From NCBI GenBank assembly GCA_965178125.1, contig OZ237777.1:1-64000 (forward strand): 64,000 bases of DNA, in the 5' to 3' direction. Shown here piece by piece: positions 51,320 through 64,000 of this stretch (positions are counted from its first letter, which is position 1; every line of letters starts with the position of its first letter). Both the position numbers and the translations under genes were made by a program. The DNA is from Bilabrum cf. latius. Lineage: Eukaryota. Under the pieces are notes generated by a model that saw only the letters and a list, made by a program, of their open reading frames with translations, was not told the DNA's origin and did not search any database.

Positions 51320-51697
51320 GGTGGGTGGGCGGGCGGGCAGGCGAGACCAAGAGGACCAGGAGGCGGTCTCTCCCGCTGGGGTGGGTGGGCGGGCAGGCGA
51401 GACCAAGAGGACCAGGAGGCGGTCTCTCCCGCTGGGGTGGGTGGGCGGGCAGGCGAGACCAAGAGGACCAGGAGGCGGTCTCTCCCGCTGGGGTGGGTGG
51501 GCGGGCAGGCGAGACCAAGAGGACCAGGAGGCGGTCACTCCCGCTGGGGTGGGTGGGCGGGCAGGCGAGACCAAGAGGACCAGGAGGCGGTCTCTCCCGC
51601 TGGGGTGGGTGGGCGGGCAGGCGAGACCAAGAGGACCAGGAGGCGGTCACTCCCGCTGGGGTGGGTGGGCGGGCAGGCGAGACCAAGAGGACCAGGA
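51320..51697. repeat. 56-bp G-rich minisatellite (~6.5 copies)
   Basis: gggtgggtgggcgggcaggcgagaccaagaggaccaggaggcggtctctcccgctg, period 56. Confidence 0.95.
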
Positions 51698-51877
51698 AGA
51701 GGAAGAGGGGGAGATAGGCGGCTGCAGCAGTTGTACCATAGGAGGAAGCAATCACGAGGCAGACGGTCTTGCGCCGCCGGTCATGCCACAGAGGTGGACG
51801 ATGAGAGCTGCCCGCGCAGATGGATGGGTCACGACCAATGCGACCCGCATACGAATCGTGGACATCATCCGGCAACT

Positions 51878-54800
51878 AGTCTCCAACGAAGCCACTAACG
51901 TCTTCAACATGTTTCAGAAAATTTGCTTTGGAGACATCAGCCTCCGCATATGCAGCCATGGTATGCTAGGCAACACTTGTGGCTCGGGCGTCCTGGCATT
52001 GATCTGGATGCCACGAGCATCATCTGCATCGGCACCACCGGGAGCAGTCGCGCCCTTAATGGTAGGTTCAATGCATCAAGCCAAAGAATGGCTTATGAAT
52101 TGCGCGCGTTTCTGTACATTGATCAAGTCTGGCAACAGGAGCATCATGCCGGGAAGCATCCGACGGGTCGAATGGCACACCGGCGGCAACGCCTGCTCCA
52201 ATCTACCAAGCAACTAATTGAATATATAGCTAATTACAAGTTACGTGTGCCCTAGCTGCAAACAAAGGAAAACCCTAGGGTTTGGCGGAGGGTGCCTCTG
52301 CACGAGCCCAACCTCCGGCTCGGGCGCAGGTGCTCGGGCCCCCGAGCCGAACACTCCGCGCGGGCACGACCCCATGCAATTGCGGCAGAACCAGTTTAAA
52401 GATACATTGATTCGGCTGAGGCAAGTGTGTCCCCGTGGCCGAGCCAAAATTTTGGCTCATTCACGAGGTTCCGCTGCGGCGCCAGCGCGGGGACCGTCGT
52501 GACGTCAGCGGCCGATTGCCGATTGGCCACCGTCCCACCTTATCCGCATATCCAAATTCAATTCGAAAGGTCCAAATGCCACTGCAAGACCACAACAGGC
52601 ACAGAACCGCCGGTGCCAGGCCGTTCCAGTTGCCGGAGCGGTTGGTTTGAGGCGTACCTCACCACTACCCACGCCCGTGCAGAAGTCCCGTGCAGAAGTC
52701 CCGTGCACGTGCACGGGGCCCCGCCCACGTGGTCTGACGCCCTAGGGGCCGTGTGCCTTGCTCCATGCATTCCCACCTTGGCCCCATTCTCTTCCAGCTT
52801 GGTCGCGCCGGAGCTGGCCCCGCGTCCATCCATCCATCCATCCATCTGCCCGTCCGTCCATCCATGCATCCGGTTGCTGGGCCTCTGCGCGCTGCTGCCC
52901 GTCGTGCACCTAAAGCACCTGTACGGCTTTCGATCCATTTGACAGGCAGGGAGAGGCCCGTGCCGGCTTGCATCAGCGTACCTCACCACCACCCACGCCC
53001 GTGCAGAAGTCCCGTGCAGAAGTCCCGTGCACGTGCACGGGGCCCCGCCCACGTGGTCTGACGCCCTAGGGGCCGTGTGCCTTGCTCCATTGAACCTAGA
53101 CTACAGATCAGATTTGTTCCTTCAACCACACCCATTGGCTCATCTTCACGGCTGCTGCAAACCCCACTGGTTGGCAGTTACCACGACTGGTTCTTCACCG
53201 GTCCACCTGAATGCGGTATTCATCTGACACTACGAATGTACACACCACTTTCCCCATGCACCCGACTGGCCTCGTCACCACATGGCTTCCTGTTCCTGTT
53301 CCCCGCCCTAGGGACCGTGTGCTTTGTTCCCAGCATCGCCACCTTGGCCCTATCCTTTCAGCTTGCACGCGCCGGTCCTGGCCGACCTGCCGTGCGCCCC
53401 ATCTGTCCACCCACCTGTTGGCCTTCTGCGTGCTGCTGGCCATGCAGTCCGCTGCCACCCGCGTCTCCCTCGTGCCTTGCACCTGGAGCCACCATTCCTC
53501 CCGTTGTGTTCTCACTGTTGACACCGCACTGTCGTCGCCTGTGCCGGTGCCCCCCTCTTCCTTTCCACCTCCTGTCCTCCTGCGCCCGCCTTGTCTTCCG
53601 TCTCACCTCTGCTCCCCGTTGCTTCAATCCTGATGTCCGAGCTGCACATAACATCAGGCTGGCATCCGCCTACCTCACCCGTCACCACCAAATTCCCTAT
53701 CCTGTGTGCCGTGGAACCACTGGGCTTTACCCCCAAACGACGGGGTCTTTCAATCCTCCCACACTGCGTATGTACACGCCACTATGCCTGTGAACGCGAC
53801 TGGTCTCAAACGAAGCCACTAACGACTTCAACATGTTTCAGAAAATTTGCTTTGGAGACATCAGCCTCCGCATATGCAGCCATGGTATGCTAGGCAACTC
53901 TTGTGGCTCGGGCGTCCTGGCATTGATCTGGATGCCACGAGCATCATCTTCATCGGCACCACCGGGAGCAGTCGCGCCCTTAATGGTAGGTTCAATGCAT
54001 CAAGCCAATGAATGGCTTATGAATTGCACGCATTCCTGTACATTGACCAAGTCTGGCAACAGGAGCATTTTGCCGGGAAGCATCCGACGGGTCGAATGGC
54101 ACACCGGCGGCAACACCTGCTCCTATCTACCAAGCAACTAATTAAATATATAGCTAATTACAAGTTACGTGTGCCCTAGCTGCAAACAAAGGAAAACCCT
54201 AGGGTTTGGCGGAGGGTGCCTCTGCACGAGCCCAACCTCCGGCTCGGGCGCAGGTGCTCGGGCCCCCGAGCCGAACACTCCGCGCGGGCACGACCCCATG
54301 CAATTGCGGCAGAACCAGTTTAAAGATACATTGATTCGGCTGAGGCAAGTGTGTCCCCGTGGCCGAGCCAAAATTTTGGCTCATTCACGAGGTTCCGCTG
54401 CGGCCGGGGACGTCAGCGGCCGATTGCCGATTGGCGACCGTCCCACCTTATCCGCATATCCAAATTCAATTCGAAAGGTCCAAATGCCACTGCAAGACCA
54501 CAACAGGCACAGAACCGCCGGTGCCAGGCCGTTCCAGTTGCCGGAGCGGTTGGTTTGAGGCGTACCTCACCACTACCCACGCCCGTGCAGAAGTCCCGTG
54601 CAGAAGTCCCGTGCACGTGCACGGGGCCCCGCCCACGTGGTCTGACGCCCTAGGGGCCGTGTGCCTTGCTCCATGCATTCCCACCTTGGCCCCATTCTCT
54701 TCCAGCTTGGTCGCGCCGGAGCTGGCCCCGCGTCCATCCATCCATCCATCCATCTGCCCGTCCGTCCATCCATGCATCCGGTTGCTGGGCCTCTGCGCGC

Positions 54801-56484
54801 TGCTGCCCGTCGTGCACCTAAAGCACCTGTACGGCTTTCGATCCATTTGACAGGCAGGGAGAGGCCCGTGCCGGCTTGCATCAGCGTACCTCACCACCAC
54901 CCACGCCCGTGCAGAAGTCCCGTGCAGAAGTCCCGTGCACGTGCACGGGGCCCCGCCCACGTGGTCTGACGCCCTAGGGGCCGTGTGCCTTGCTCCATTG
55001 AACCTAGACTACAGATCAGATTTGTTCCTTCAACCACACCCATTGGCTCATCTTCACGGCTGCTGCAAACCCCACTGGTTGGCAGTTACCACGACTGGTT
55101 CTTCACCGGTCCACCTGAATGCGGTATTCATCTGACACTACGAATGTACACACCACTTTCCCCATGCACCCGACTGGCCTCGTCACCACATGGCTTCCTG
55201 TTCCTGTTCCCCGCCCTAGGGACCGTGTGCTTTGTTCCCAGCATCGCCACCTTGGCCCTATCCTTTCAGCTTGCACGCGCCGGTCCTGGCCGACCTGCCG
55301 TGCGCCCCATCTGTCCACCCACCTGTTGGCCTTCTGCGTGCTGCTGGCCATGCAGTCCGCTGCCACCCGCGTCTCCCTCGTGCCTTGCACCTGGAGCCAC
55401 CATTCCTCCCGTTGTGTTCTCACTGTTGACACCGCACTGTCGTCGCCTGTGCCGGTGCCCCCCTCTTCCTTTCCACCTCCTGTCCTCCTGCGCCCGCCTT
55501 GTCTTCCGTCTCACCTCTGCTCCCCGTTGCTTCAATCCTGATGTCCGAGCTGCACATAACATCAGGCTGGCATCCGCCTACCTCACCCGTCACCACCAAA
55601 TTCCCTATCCTGTGTGCCGTGGAACCACTGGGCTTTACCCCCAAACGACGGGGTCTTTCAATCCTCCCACACTGCGTATGTACACGCCACTATGCCTGTG
55701 AACGCGACTGGTCTCAAACGAAGCCACTAACGACTTCAACATGTTTCAGAAAATTTGCTTTGGAGACATCAGCCTCCGCATATGCAGCCATGGTATGCTA
55801 GGCAACTCTTGTGGCTCGGGCGTCCTGGCATTGATCTGGATGCCACGAGCATCATCTTCATCGGCACCACCGGGAGCAGTCGCGCCCTTAATGGTAGGTT
55901 CAATGCATCAAGCCAATGAATGGCTTATGAATTGCACGCATTCCTGTACATTGACCAAGTCTGGCAACAGGAGCATTTTGCCGGGAAGCATCCGACGGGT
56001 CGAATGGCACACCGGCGGCAACACCTGCTCCTATCTACCAAGCAACTAATTAAATATATAGCTAATTACAAGTTACGTGTGCCCTAGCTGCAAACAAAGG
56101 AAAACCATAGGGTTTGGCGGAGGGTGCCTCTGCACGAGCCCAACCTCCGGCTCGGGCGCAGGTGCTCGGGCCCCCGAGCCGAACACTCCGCGCGGGCACG
56201 ACCCCATGCAATTGCGGCAGAACCAGTTTAAAGATGCATTGATTCGGCTGAGGCAAGTGTGTCCCCGTGGCCGAGCCAAAATTTTGGCTCATTCACGAGG
56301 TTCCGCTGCGGCGCCAGCGCGGGGACCGTCGTGACGTCAGCGGCCGATTGCCGATTGGCCACCGTCCCACCTTATCCGCATATCCAAATTCAATTCGAAA
56401 GGTCCAAATGCCACTGCAAGACCACAACAGGCACAGAACCGCCGGTGCCAGGCCGTTCCAGTTGCCGGAGCGGTTGGTTTGAGG
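51878..56484 (+). repeat. ~1.9-kb tandem duplication, ~2.4 copies (offsets 1924 and 1908)
   Basis: aacgaagccactaacg near 51886, 53810 and 55718. Identical track ORFs recur at +1908. Confidence 0.95.
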
Positions 56485-57645
56485 CAGCGGCAGCTGCTGC
56501 CCTACTTAGAAGTTCACTGCACGTCCTCTGCCAGGCCGTCGCCCGCACCCACTGGCTCGTCACCGCACCCTTCCCATCCACGTCGGACGTGCCAGAGCCC
56601 ACAGTATTGCGCCCGTCGAGTCCAGCGACGAAGACCCAGGCAGCACGCTACCTAAAACCCTAGCCCGATGCAGCCGACACCGCCGCGCCCGAGTCCACAG
56701 TCACCACGCCAGACACCGCGTTCGTCGACGCGCCCGACGCCAGGCTCACCGCGCCCGATGACGCGGATGCCGCATCGCCAGACCGCACAGTCACCGTGCC
56801 CGTCACAGCCTTGTCAGACACGCCCGACAGTATGCGGCCAGATGCAGCAGCAGGAAGGAAGGAGGAAGCAACAGTACCCATCATTCAATCGGCACAGCGC
56901 CTTGGGACCAATCTCCATAGTTCACGTAAATACTATAGGATGCTTTTGAGTGTGCGGTGAAACTTGCACGTGGACCAAATCTCAATCACAGCTAGTGAAT
57001 GACGCTCGCTCAAAGACACGCTCAAACCCCATTCGATAGCCAATGGTCGGACCAGGTGGTCCAATCGCACCATGATCATGGACGAGCCTATGTAATAACC
57101 TAAAAGTACGTGCGCTGAGGCCGACAAAGTGTACGCCCAGGGCAGGCAACCTTGGGCACGACGACTTGGCCGTGAGACTTGAATCCGGGGTTGCTTGCTG
57201 CCGCCGCAGCAGCAGAAAGGTAGGAGGAAGCAACAGTACCCATCATTTAATCAGTACAGTGCAAAAGTGGCGCCGCCAGTGGAGTGCGAAGCGCATCTCG
57301 GTCTGCAAGGATCGGACCGCTGCTGCTCGTGCCCCTGCACGGATCCTCTGACAGGCACGGACACCCAGGAACGCATCAGCGTACCTCACCGCCCCCCCCC
57401 GCTCGTGCACCTGTACGGCTTTCGATCCATTTGACAGGCAGGGAGAGGCCCGTGCCGGCTTGCATCAGCGTACCTCACCACCACCCACGCCCGTGCAGAA
57501 GTCCCGTGCAGAAGTCCCGTGCACGTGCACGGGGCCCCGCCCACGTGGTCTGACGCCCTAGGGGCCGTGTGCCTTGCTCCATGCATTCCCACCTTGGCCC
57601 CATTCTCTTCCAGCTTGGACGCGCCGGAACTGGCCCCGCTTCCAT
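56202..57645 (+). repeat. Left arm of a long inverted repeat (partner 62935-64000)
   Basis: The reverse complement of 62935-64000 matches this arm except for a ~360-bp insert at ~56890-57250. Confidence 0.9.
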
Positions 57646-57691
57646 CCATCCATCCATCCATCCATCCATCCATCCATCCATCCATCCATCC
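57642..57691 (+). repeat. (CCAT)n microsatellite, ~12 copies
   Basis: Expanded relative to the 4-5 copies in sister repeat modules. Confidence 0.95.
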
Positions 57692-58939
57692 ACATCCATC
57701 CTGTTCGCCCTCTGCGCCCTGCTGCCTGTGCAGCCCGCCGCCGCTTGCGTCTCCCCCTTGCATGGCGCTGGGAGCCCCCGTCGCGCCCTTATCGTCTATC
57801 CATTGACACCGCCGTCCAGACCTCCGCGTACATACACCGAGACCCCTCCCCGCACTCCATCGGCACCAGCACATCGCTGCCCTGCCTCTCAGACCCGTTC
57901 CCCCACTACACAAGCTGCTAAATTCATCCCGCCAGCGGTTTCAGACCCCCTACATACGCTCAGACTGCCCCGACCACACACTGGGGGGCCGTACAGGCAC
58001 GGTTCGCAGCCTCCAACATCCGCCCCCACCTGCGACGGGCACCCCACGCATCCAGGAATGGGGCCCATTCACCAGTGATGCCAAGACGCCATTACCTCGC
58101 CGATCTACGGTACGCCAGGCACGGAATATGGATAATCAACATTGTACAAGCCAACACGTCCACTACGAACACTTGAGGATACCTATGTACTCAGAATTCG
58201 ATAATTACGATACGGATGCACAATTTCGAAGGCTCCATCTAGCCATGGTTTCGCCACTCCCTCCATACACAGTATCGACCGCGGGTTGTACGCACACGAT
58301 GTAACACATACGGTGCATGCGGATACATATGGCACATCTAGAGTTCCATCATGACACCCGGCCGGCAGTTCAAGAGCCCATTGCTGCATGTGGGAGTTGC
58401 CCTCGAAATTTTGCATTTTGGCCTACCGTGATCAATATGCCATCTTACACCGCCTTAACTTGGATCTAGTGTTCTTTTATCAATGCAAGTATGTGGTGCG
58501 CTCTGTGAACTCCAATACCAGCTGTAAAGCCCGAACCGTCTAATTAAAGTTCGATTGCACAATTTGGAAGGCTCCATTGGGCCATAGTTGCGCCTGTCGC
58601 TCCATACATAGCATCCACTGCGCACTGCGCGCACACGATGTCAAAGATAGTGGGCATGGGAATACATACGTCGCGCCTAGAGCTCCATCACGACACCTGG
58701 CTGGCAGTTGGATGGCCCATTCCAGAATTTTCCATTTGCAACAGAAATTTTACATTTCGGCTAACCTTGGTATCTATGCCATCAAACGCCTAGGAATAAT
58801 TGAATCTAGCACTATATCATATATTCACTCATGTGGTGCTTCCCTGGAACACCAACCGCGCAGGAGAAGACCATGCGCACGCCGGCTATTACATGCATAG
58901 TTATAGGGTGCGCCGTGCGCATGTGCAGCAATTCTCGAA

Positions 58940-60070
58940 ATCCCAAATTTTCATAGAGCATCCCAGTATGCCTCCACGGCGTTGCAGCTTCGCACAATGG
59001 TACATTAGTACTATCAAAAAATTATGACCCGTGAAACAGAACTGTTGTAGCGCTCCTTGTGCCTGGAAATGGTCTTCGATATCTGGCCGGAGCGAAATCC
59101 CAAATTTTCGTCCAGAGCATTGTACCCTTCACACACGTCGGGTTCGGCCACCATTGAGATGCCATGCATTCAAAACATAAGTAGAGCGCTTCAACGCCGG
59201 GAAAATAGCGCGCTTAGTGCTGCAAATGGGGCGCAGTGTACGCAAAGCTGCAGCAATCCGCGAGGCTCATACGATCATGATTTTGCTGCATCGCTTGTCG
59301 ATTGTTCGCATCTTTATAATGCATATATAAATATCACCTATTCAGTACTGTTGCTCAGACCTGCCCTGACATTCAAGTTGTGGTGTAGACTAGCAATAAT
59401 CACCCAAGCGAACTGCTGGCAGCGGAACATCAACACAAAATGCGGCGGTGCTGGCGCAGCGCCACTAATGAGAGCATCGGGACCATACTTTGCCGGACCG
59501 TCAACCCAATCCATCAAACAATGCCAGCGACAGCGGTACGCTAGAGAGCCTAAGCAAACCAGTCGACGACCACGTCTGCCGAGGCATGCATTGGGGCTTG
59601 TGCATAATACGCAGCACTCGACATCCCAAATTTTCATAGAGCATCCCAGTATGCCTCCACGGCGTTGCAGCTTCGCACAATGGTACATTAGTACTATCAA
59701 AAAATTATGACCCGTGAAACAGAACTGTTGTAGCGCTCCTTGTGCCTGGAAATGGTCTTCGATATCTGGCCGGAGCGAAATCCCAAATTTTCGTCCAGAG
59801 CATTGTACCCTTCACACACGTCGGGTTCGGCCACCATTGAGATGCCATGCATTCAAAACATAAGTAGAGCGCTTCAACGCCGGGAAAATAGCGCGCTTAG
59901 TGCTGCAAATGGGGCGCAGTGTACGCAAAGCTGCAGCAATCCGCGAGGCTCATACGATCATGATTTTGCTGCATCGCTGGTCGATTGTTCGCATCTTTAT
60001 AATGCATATATAAATATCACCTATTCAGTACTGTTGGTCAGACCTGCCCTGACATTCAAGTTGTGGTGTA
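58940..60070 (+). repeat. 448-bp direct repeat pair (58940-59387 and 59623-60070)
   Basis: Near-identical sequence at offset 683. Confidence 0.92.
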
Positions 60071-62934
60071 ACGGTATCACCCATAATCAACCAGCGCAAC
60101 AGCAAATCGGGCCGAATCGAGGGGACTGTGCCGGAGGGTAAACATAATCAGCCAGCAACCTAAATCATGGCAGCATTGCCCTCGAGTGCCATCCATTGCC
60201 GCGCCTGCCAAGCGCCCCGCTCCCACCCAAGCAAATCTGGCTCACACGGACTCGTAAACGCCCAGGCAGATGCAGAATGGCCCCTTGCGCAGCATGCAAC
60301 ACAGCCTTCCGAGCCGCAGGAACAGCGCACCCCTCCCCTCCACCAACCAAGCTCTTGCCATGCAGTCTCTTGCCATGCAGTCTCTTGCCATGCAGTCTTA
60401 AAGCACAAGCAAGCTGCAGTGCACCTCACAGTCCCGTGTGCTATGGCCAGTGGTGCTTGCCCGCCGCCTGTTTGGCGGCCTTGCTTGGCAACCGCCTAAT
60501 CGATCATTACTGCGCACGCTCCAAGGCAGGAACGTGCACGCAAGCGTGATGACGTGTCGTGTTGCAATTGCAGTAGGCCGGCGGTCGAGGCCATCGATAG
60601 GCGAGGCTGTGGTTCCGTCCGGCTTCGTGACTGTGTTTCATTGGGCTGGTTGATATTGCTTGTGGTTCGGGAGAGTCCCGACCAGACGTTGTAAGGGCGG
60701 CCAGCAGTCGCAGTCGGTTCGAATTGCAACTGCAACTTCGCGCAGTATCGGTGCTCACACAATTCATATTGCGCGCACACAGACCAAACGTTCAGTAAAA
60801 TACCGCCGATCAAGCTTCGGAAACTGAAATGTTCGGTCAGGGCGGAGAGCGCCCATGCTCGAGCGGCCTGCTCGTCTCGGACCTATATGCTCGACGCCCG
60901 AGCTGAGCAATACGCTCGGGTGCAATAATCCTTACGGATATCTCATAGTAAACAGAATCGATCTTGGGCGACGTTACCCTGAGCCCGAGCCGAAATGCAT
61001 GCAATCCGCCTTCAGTTTGGCAGTACACATGTTTTGAATTTCTGTTTATTTTCTTCATCTTCAAGTATATCGTGTGTATTATATCAGTACCTTTCAATCA
61101 ATTCTGATATATTTGTGTAGCGAACATCTGGTTGCAACCATACGCTGTACACATCTTGGGCCAGGGTGTGTACAGCAAGTATCAACCCATGTCTGCAAAC
61201 CAAGCTAAAATGTCAAGCATCGCTGAATTATATGTACATTCTGTATACATCAGATTGATTGAACCTGGAGTCCGCGAGATTGCAAGGCAACAACGATTCG
61301 TGATACTAGTAGAACGAACAAACGAAACTTGATTTTCTCACGAGACCTACTGCACCTGCGATGATGCATGCAGCTAGTGCAAGTTTGGAGTACCAAGCAA
61401 GGGTTTCGAAAGCAGCAGCTGCGAGCGATGCCTCGGCAACGTCTGGGGGTAGTGTTGTAATGGTGCAGCAGCAGCTTGTCGCTACCATAGAGGCTTGACC
61501 AGTAGCATCCTGCGCCATTAGAGGTCTCAACGAGTCCGGGAAGGCTCCCCAAACAAACGATAGCTGCCACGATACGCGCCTGTCGAATGAAAAAGGACAT
61601 GAGTGGCTTTAGGGCCGACGAGCCAAAGTGGACCAAGGATGACCTGAACAGCTTCGGTACAAACATCGTCCGTGCCTTCTTCGGCATATGTGGAACTGAC
61701 GGTTTCTCATAGAATCACCGCCAAGATAGCAGCGATACTTGATAAACAAAAGCAGGTGCAGACGTCAGTCCAGGCTGCCGTGCAGGCGGCATGTACCGCA
61801 GTACACAGCAATGCCACAAGAACCTGAAAAATTAAGGAGACAGGCCTAGATCGATGGATAATGGGGCAGCTTCAATGGAGTCTAGGCAGCGGTGCAGGAG
61901 GTCATGGCCGCCCAAAGCGCCAATGGATCATGGCAATTTCCAGTGTGATGGTTCCGTGTTCACCGCGCCGCACGTCAGCACATTGAACAGCGAGGGCAAC
62001 GACGCGGACCGAGTAGTGTGCATTGTGCAGGCCGCAGGCGGGCATCAGTTTGCAGGGGTACTCAGTGCCTGTGAGAGTGGCTCGAACCTGTGCACGGGTA
62101 TACTGCACGAGTGTGAAGGAGGGTGAGCTTTGCTGACGCGACTCCATGAGATGTGTCCGTGCCTTTCACGTGGGCAGAAACTCGTAAAAAGGTAATTGCA
62201 GGATCGTAGACACGAATCAGGCTGGCTAATGTGAGCCTGCACGTGCCCATGGCTCAGTCAAACGTCCGTGCAAGGGTACCTTGCACGAGTAAGGGTGAGG
62301 CTGGCTTACATGAGCCTGCATGGGGTGTTTCCGTGCCTGTGTGTTATATGTACTCGAACATCAGGATTGAAGCAACGGGGAGCAGAGGTGAGACGGAAGA
62401 CAAGGCGGGCGCAGTAGGACAGGAGCTGGAGAGGAACAAGAGGGGGACACCGGCACAGGCGACGACAGCACGGTGTCAACAGAGAGAACACCGCGTGGGA
62501 CAGGGAGCTCCAGTTGCAAGGCACCAGCGAGATGCGGGTGGCAGCGGGCTGCACGGCCAGCAGCGCGCAGAGGACCAACAGGTGGGTGGACAGATGGGGC
62601 GCACGGCAGGTCGGCCAGGACCGGCGCGTCCAAGCTGGAAGAGAATGGGGCCAAGGTGGGAATGCATGGAGCAAGGCACACGGCCCCTAGGGCGTCAGAC
62701 CACGTGGGCGGGGCCCCGTGCACGTGCACGGGACTTCTGCACGGGACTTCTGCACGGGCGTGGGTGGTGGTGAGATACGCTGATGCAAGCCGGCACGGGC
62801 CTCTCCCTGCCTGTCAAATGGATCGAAAGCCGTACAGGTGCTTTAGGTGCACGACGGGCAGCAGCGCGCAGAGGCCCAGCAACCGGATGCATGGATGGAC
62901 GGACGGGCAGATGGATGGATGGATGGAAGCGGGG

Positions 62935-64000
62935 CCAGTTCCGGCGCGTCCAAGCTGGAAGAGAATGGGGCCAAGGTGGGAATGCATGGAGCAAGGCACA
63001 CGGCCCCTAGGGCGTCAGACCACGTGGGCGGGGCCCCGTGCACGTGCACGGGACTGCTGCACGGGACTTCTGCACGGGCGTGGGTGGTGGTGAGGTACGC
63101 TGATGCAAGCCGGCACGGGCCTCTCCCTGCCTGTCAAATGGATCGAAAGCCGTACAGGTGCACGAGCGGGGGGGGGGCGGTGAGGTACGCTGATGCGTTC
63201 CTGGGTGTCCGTGCCTGTCACAGCAACCCGTGCAGGGGCACGAGCAGCAGCGGTCCGATCCTTGCAGACCGAGATGCGCTTCGCACTCTACTGGCGGCAC
63301 CACTTTTGCACTGGGCGGATTGAATGATGGGTACTGTTGCTTCCTCCTTCCTTCCTGCTGCTGCATCTGGCCGCATACTGTCGGGCGTGTCTGACAAGGC
63401 TGTGACGGGCACGGTGACTGTGCGGTCTGGCGATGCGGCATCCGCGTCATCGGGCGCGGTGAGCCAGGCGTCGGGCGCGTCGACGAACGTGGTGTCTGGC
63501 GTGGTGACTGTGGACTCGGGCGCGGCGGTGTCGGCTGCATCGGGCTAGGGTTTTAGGTAGCGTGCTGCCTGGGTCTTCGTCGCTGGACTCGACGGGCGCA
63601 ATACTGTGGGCTCTGGCACGTCCGACGTGGATGGGAAGGGTGCGGTGACGAGCCAGTGGGTGCGGGCGACGGCCTGGCAGAGGACGTGCAGTGAAGGCAG
63701 GACATCCGCCGCAGCAGCTGCCGCTGCCTCAAACCAACCGCTCCGGCAACTGGAACGGCCTGGCACCGGCGGTTCTGTGCTTGTTGTGGTCTTGCAGTGG
63801 CATTTGGACCTTTCGAATTGAATTTGGATATGCGGATAAGGTGGGACGGTGGCCAATCGGCAATCGGCCGCTGACGTCCCCGTGCTGGCGCCGCAGCGGA
63901 ACCTCGTGAATGAGCCAAAAATTTGGCTCGGCCACGGGGACACACTTGCCTCAGCCGAATCAATGTATCTTTAAACTGGTTCTGCCGCAATTGCATGGGG
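62935..64000 (-). repeat. Right arm of the inverted repeat; runs off the window
   Basis: The final bases ttgcatgggg are the reverse complement of 56202-56211. Confidence 0.9.

Noticed and set aside
52270-52283. Palindrome AAACCCTAGGGTTT as a telomere fusion or telo-box
   Set aside because: It is too short and is mutated in the third copy at ~56102.
58940-60070. 448-bp direct repeats as the LTRs of a TRIM element
   Set aside because: No TG..CA ends, primer-binding site or target-site duplication could be recognised.
61460-61742. Short + strand frame with three TAGs (..KWTKDDLNSFGTNIVRAFFGIC..)
   Set aside because: It is under 100 codons with no recognisable motif, too weak to call.

Overview
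Repeat-dense eukaryotic (probably protist or algal) sequence with TTAGGG-type telomeric repeats, a likely spliceosomal intron and one 200-N scaffold gap. The first 9.7 kb has two copies of a module [155-bp satellite + 63-bp linker + long perfect (CCCTAA)n], separated by a 22-bp satellite. A 20.5-kb array of a 44-bp satellite fills 21.7-42.3 kb. The region 45-64 kb is a mosaic of a shuffled dispersed repeat family (1.9-kb tandem copies and a >1-kb inverted repeat). The main result is that the gene-like regions are broken only by in-frame TAG codons, never by TAA or TGA. Reading TAG as an amino acid (contexts favour Gln) gives a 642-aa DOT1-like histone H3K79 methyltransferase with 10 TAGs, plus several other long proteins. 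This points to a rare nuclear code in which UAG is sense while UAA and UGA probably remain stops. Nearly all ORFs in the supplied track are repeat artefacts or fragments caused by using the wrong code. I cannot identify the organism from the sequence.
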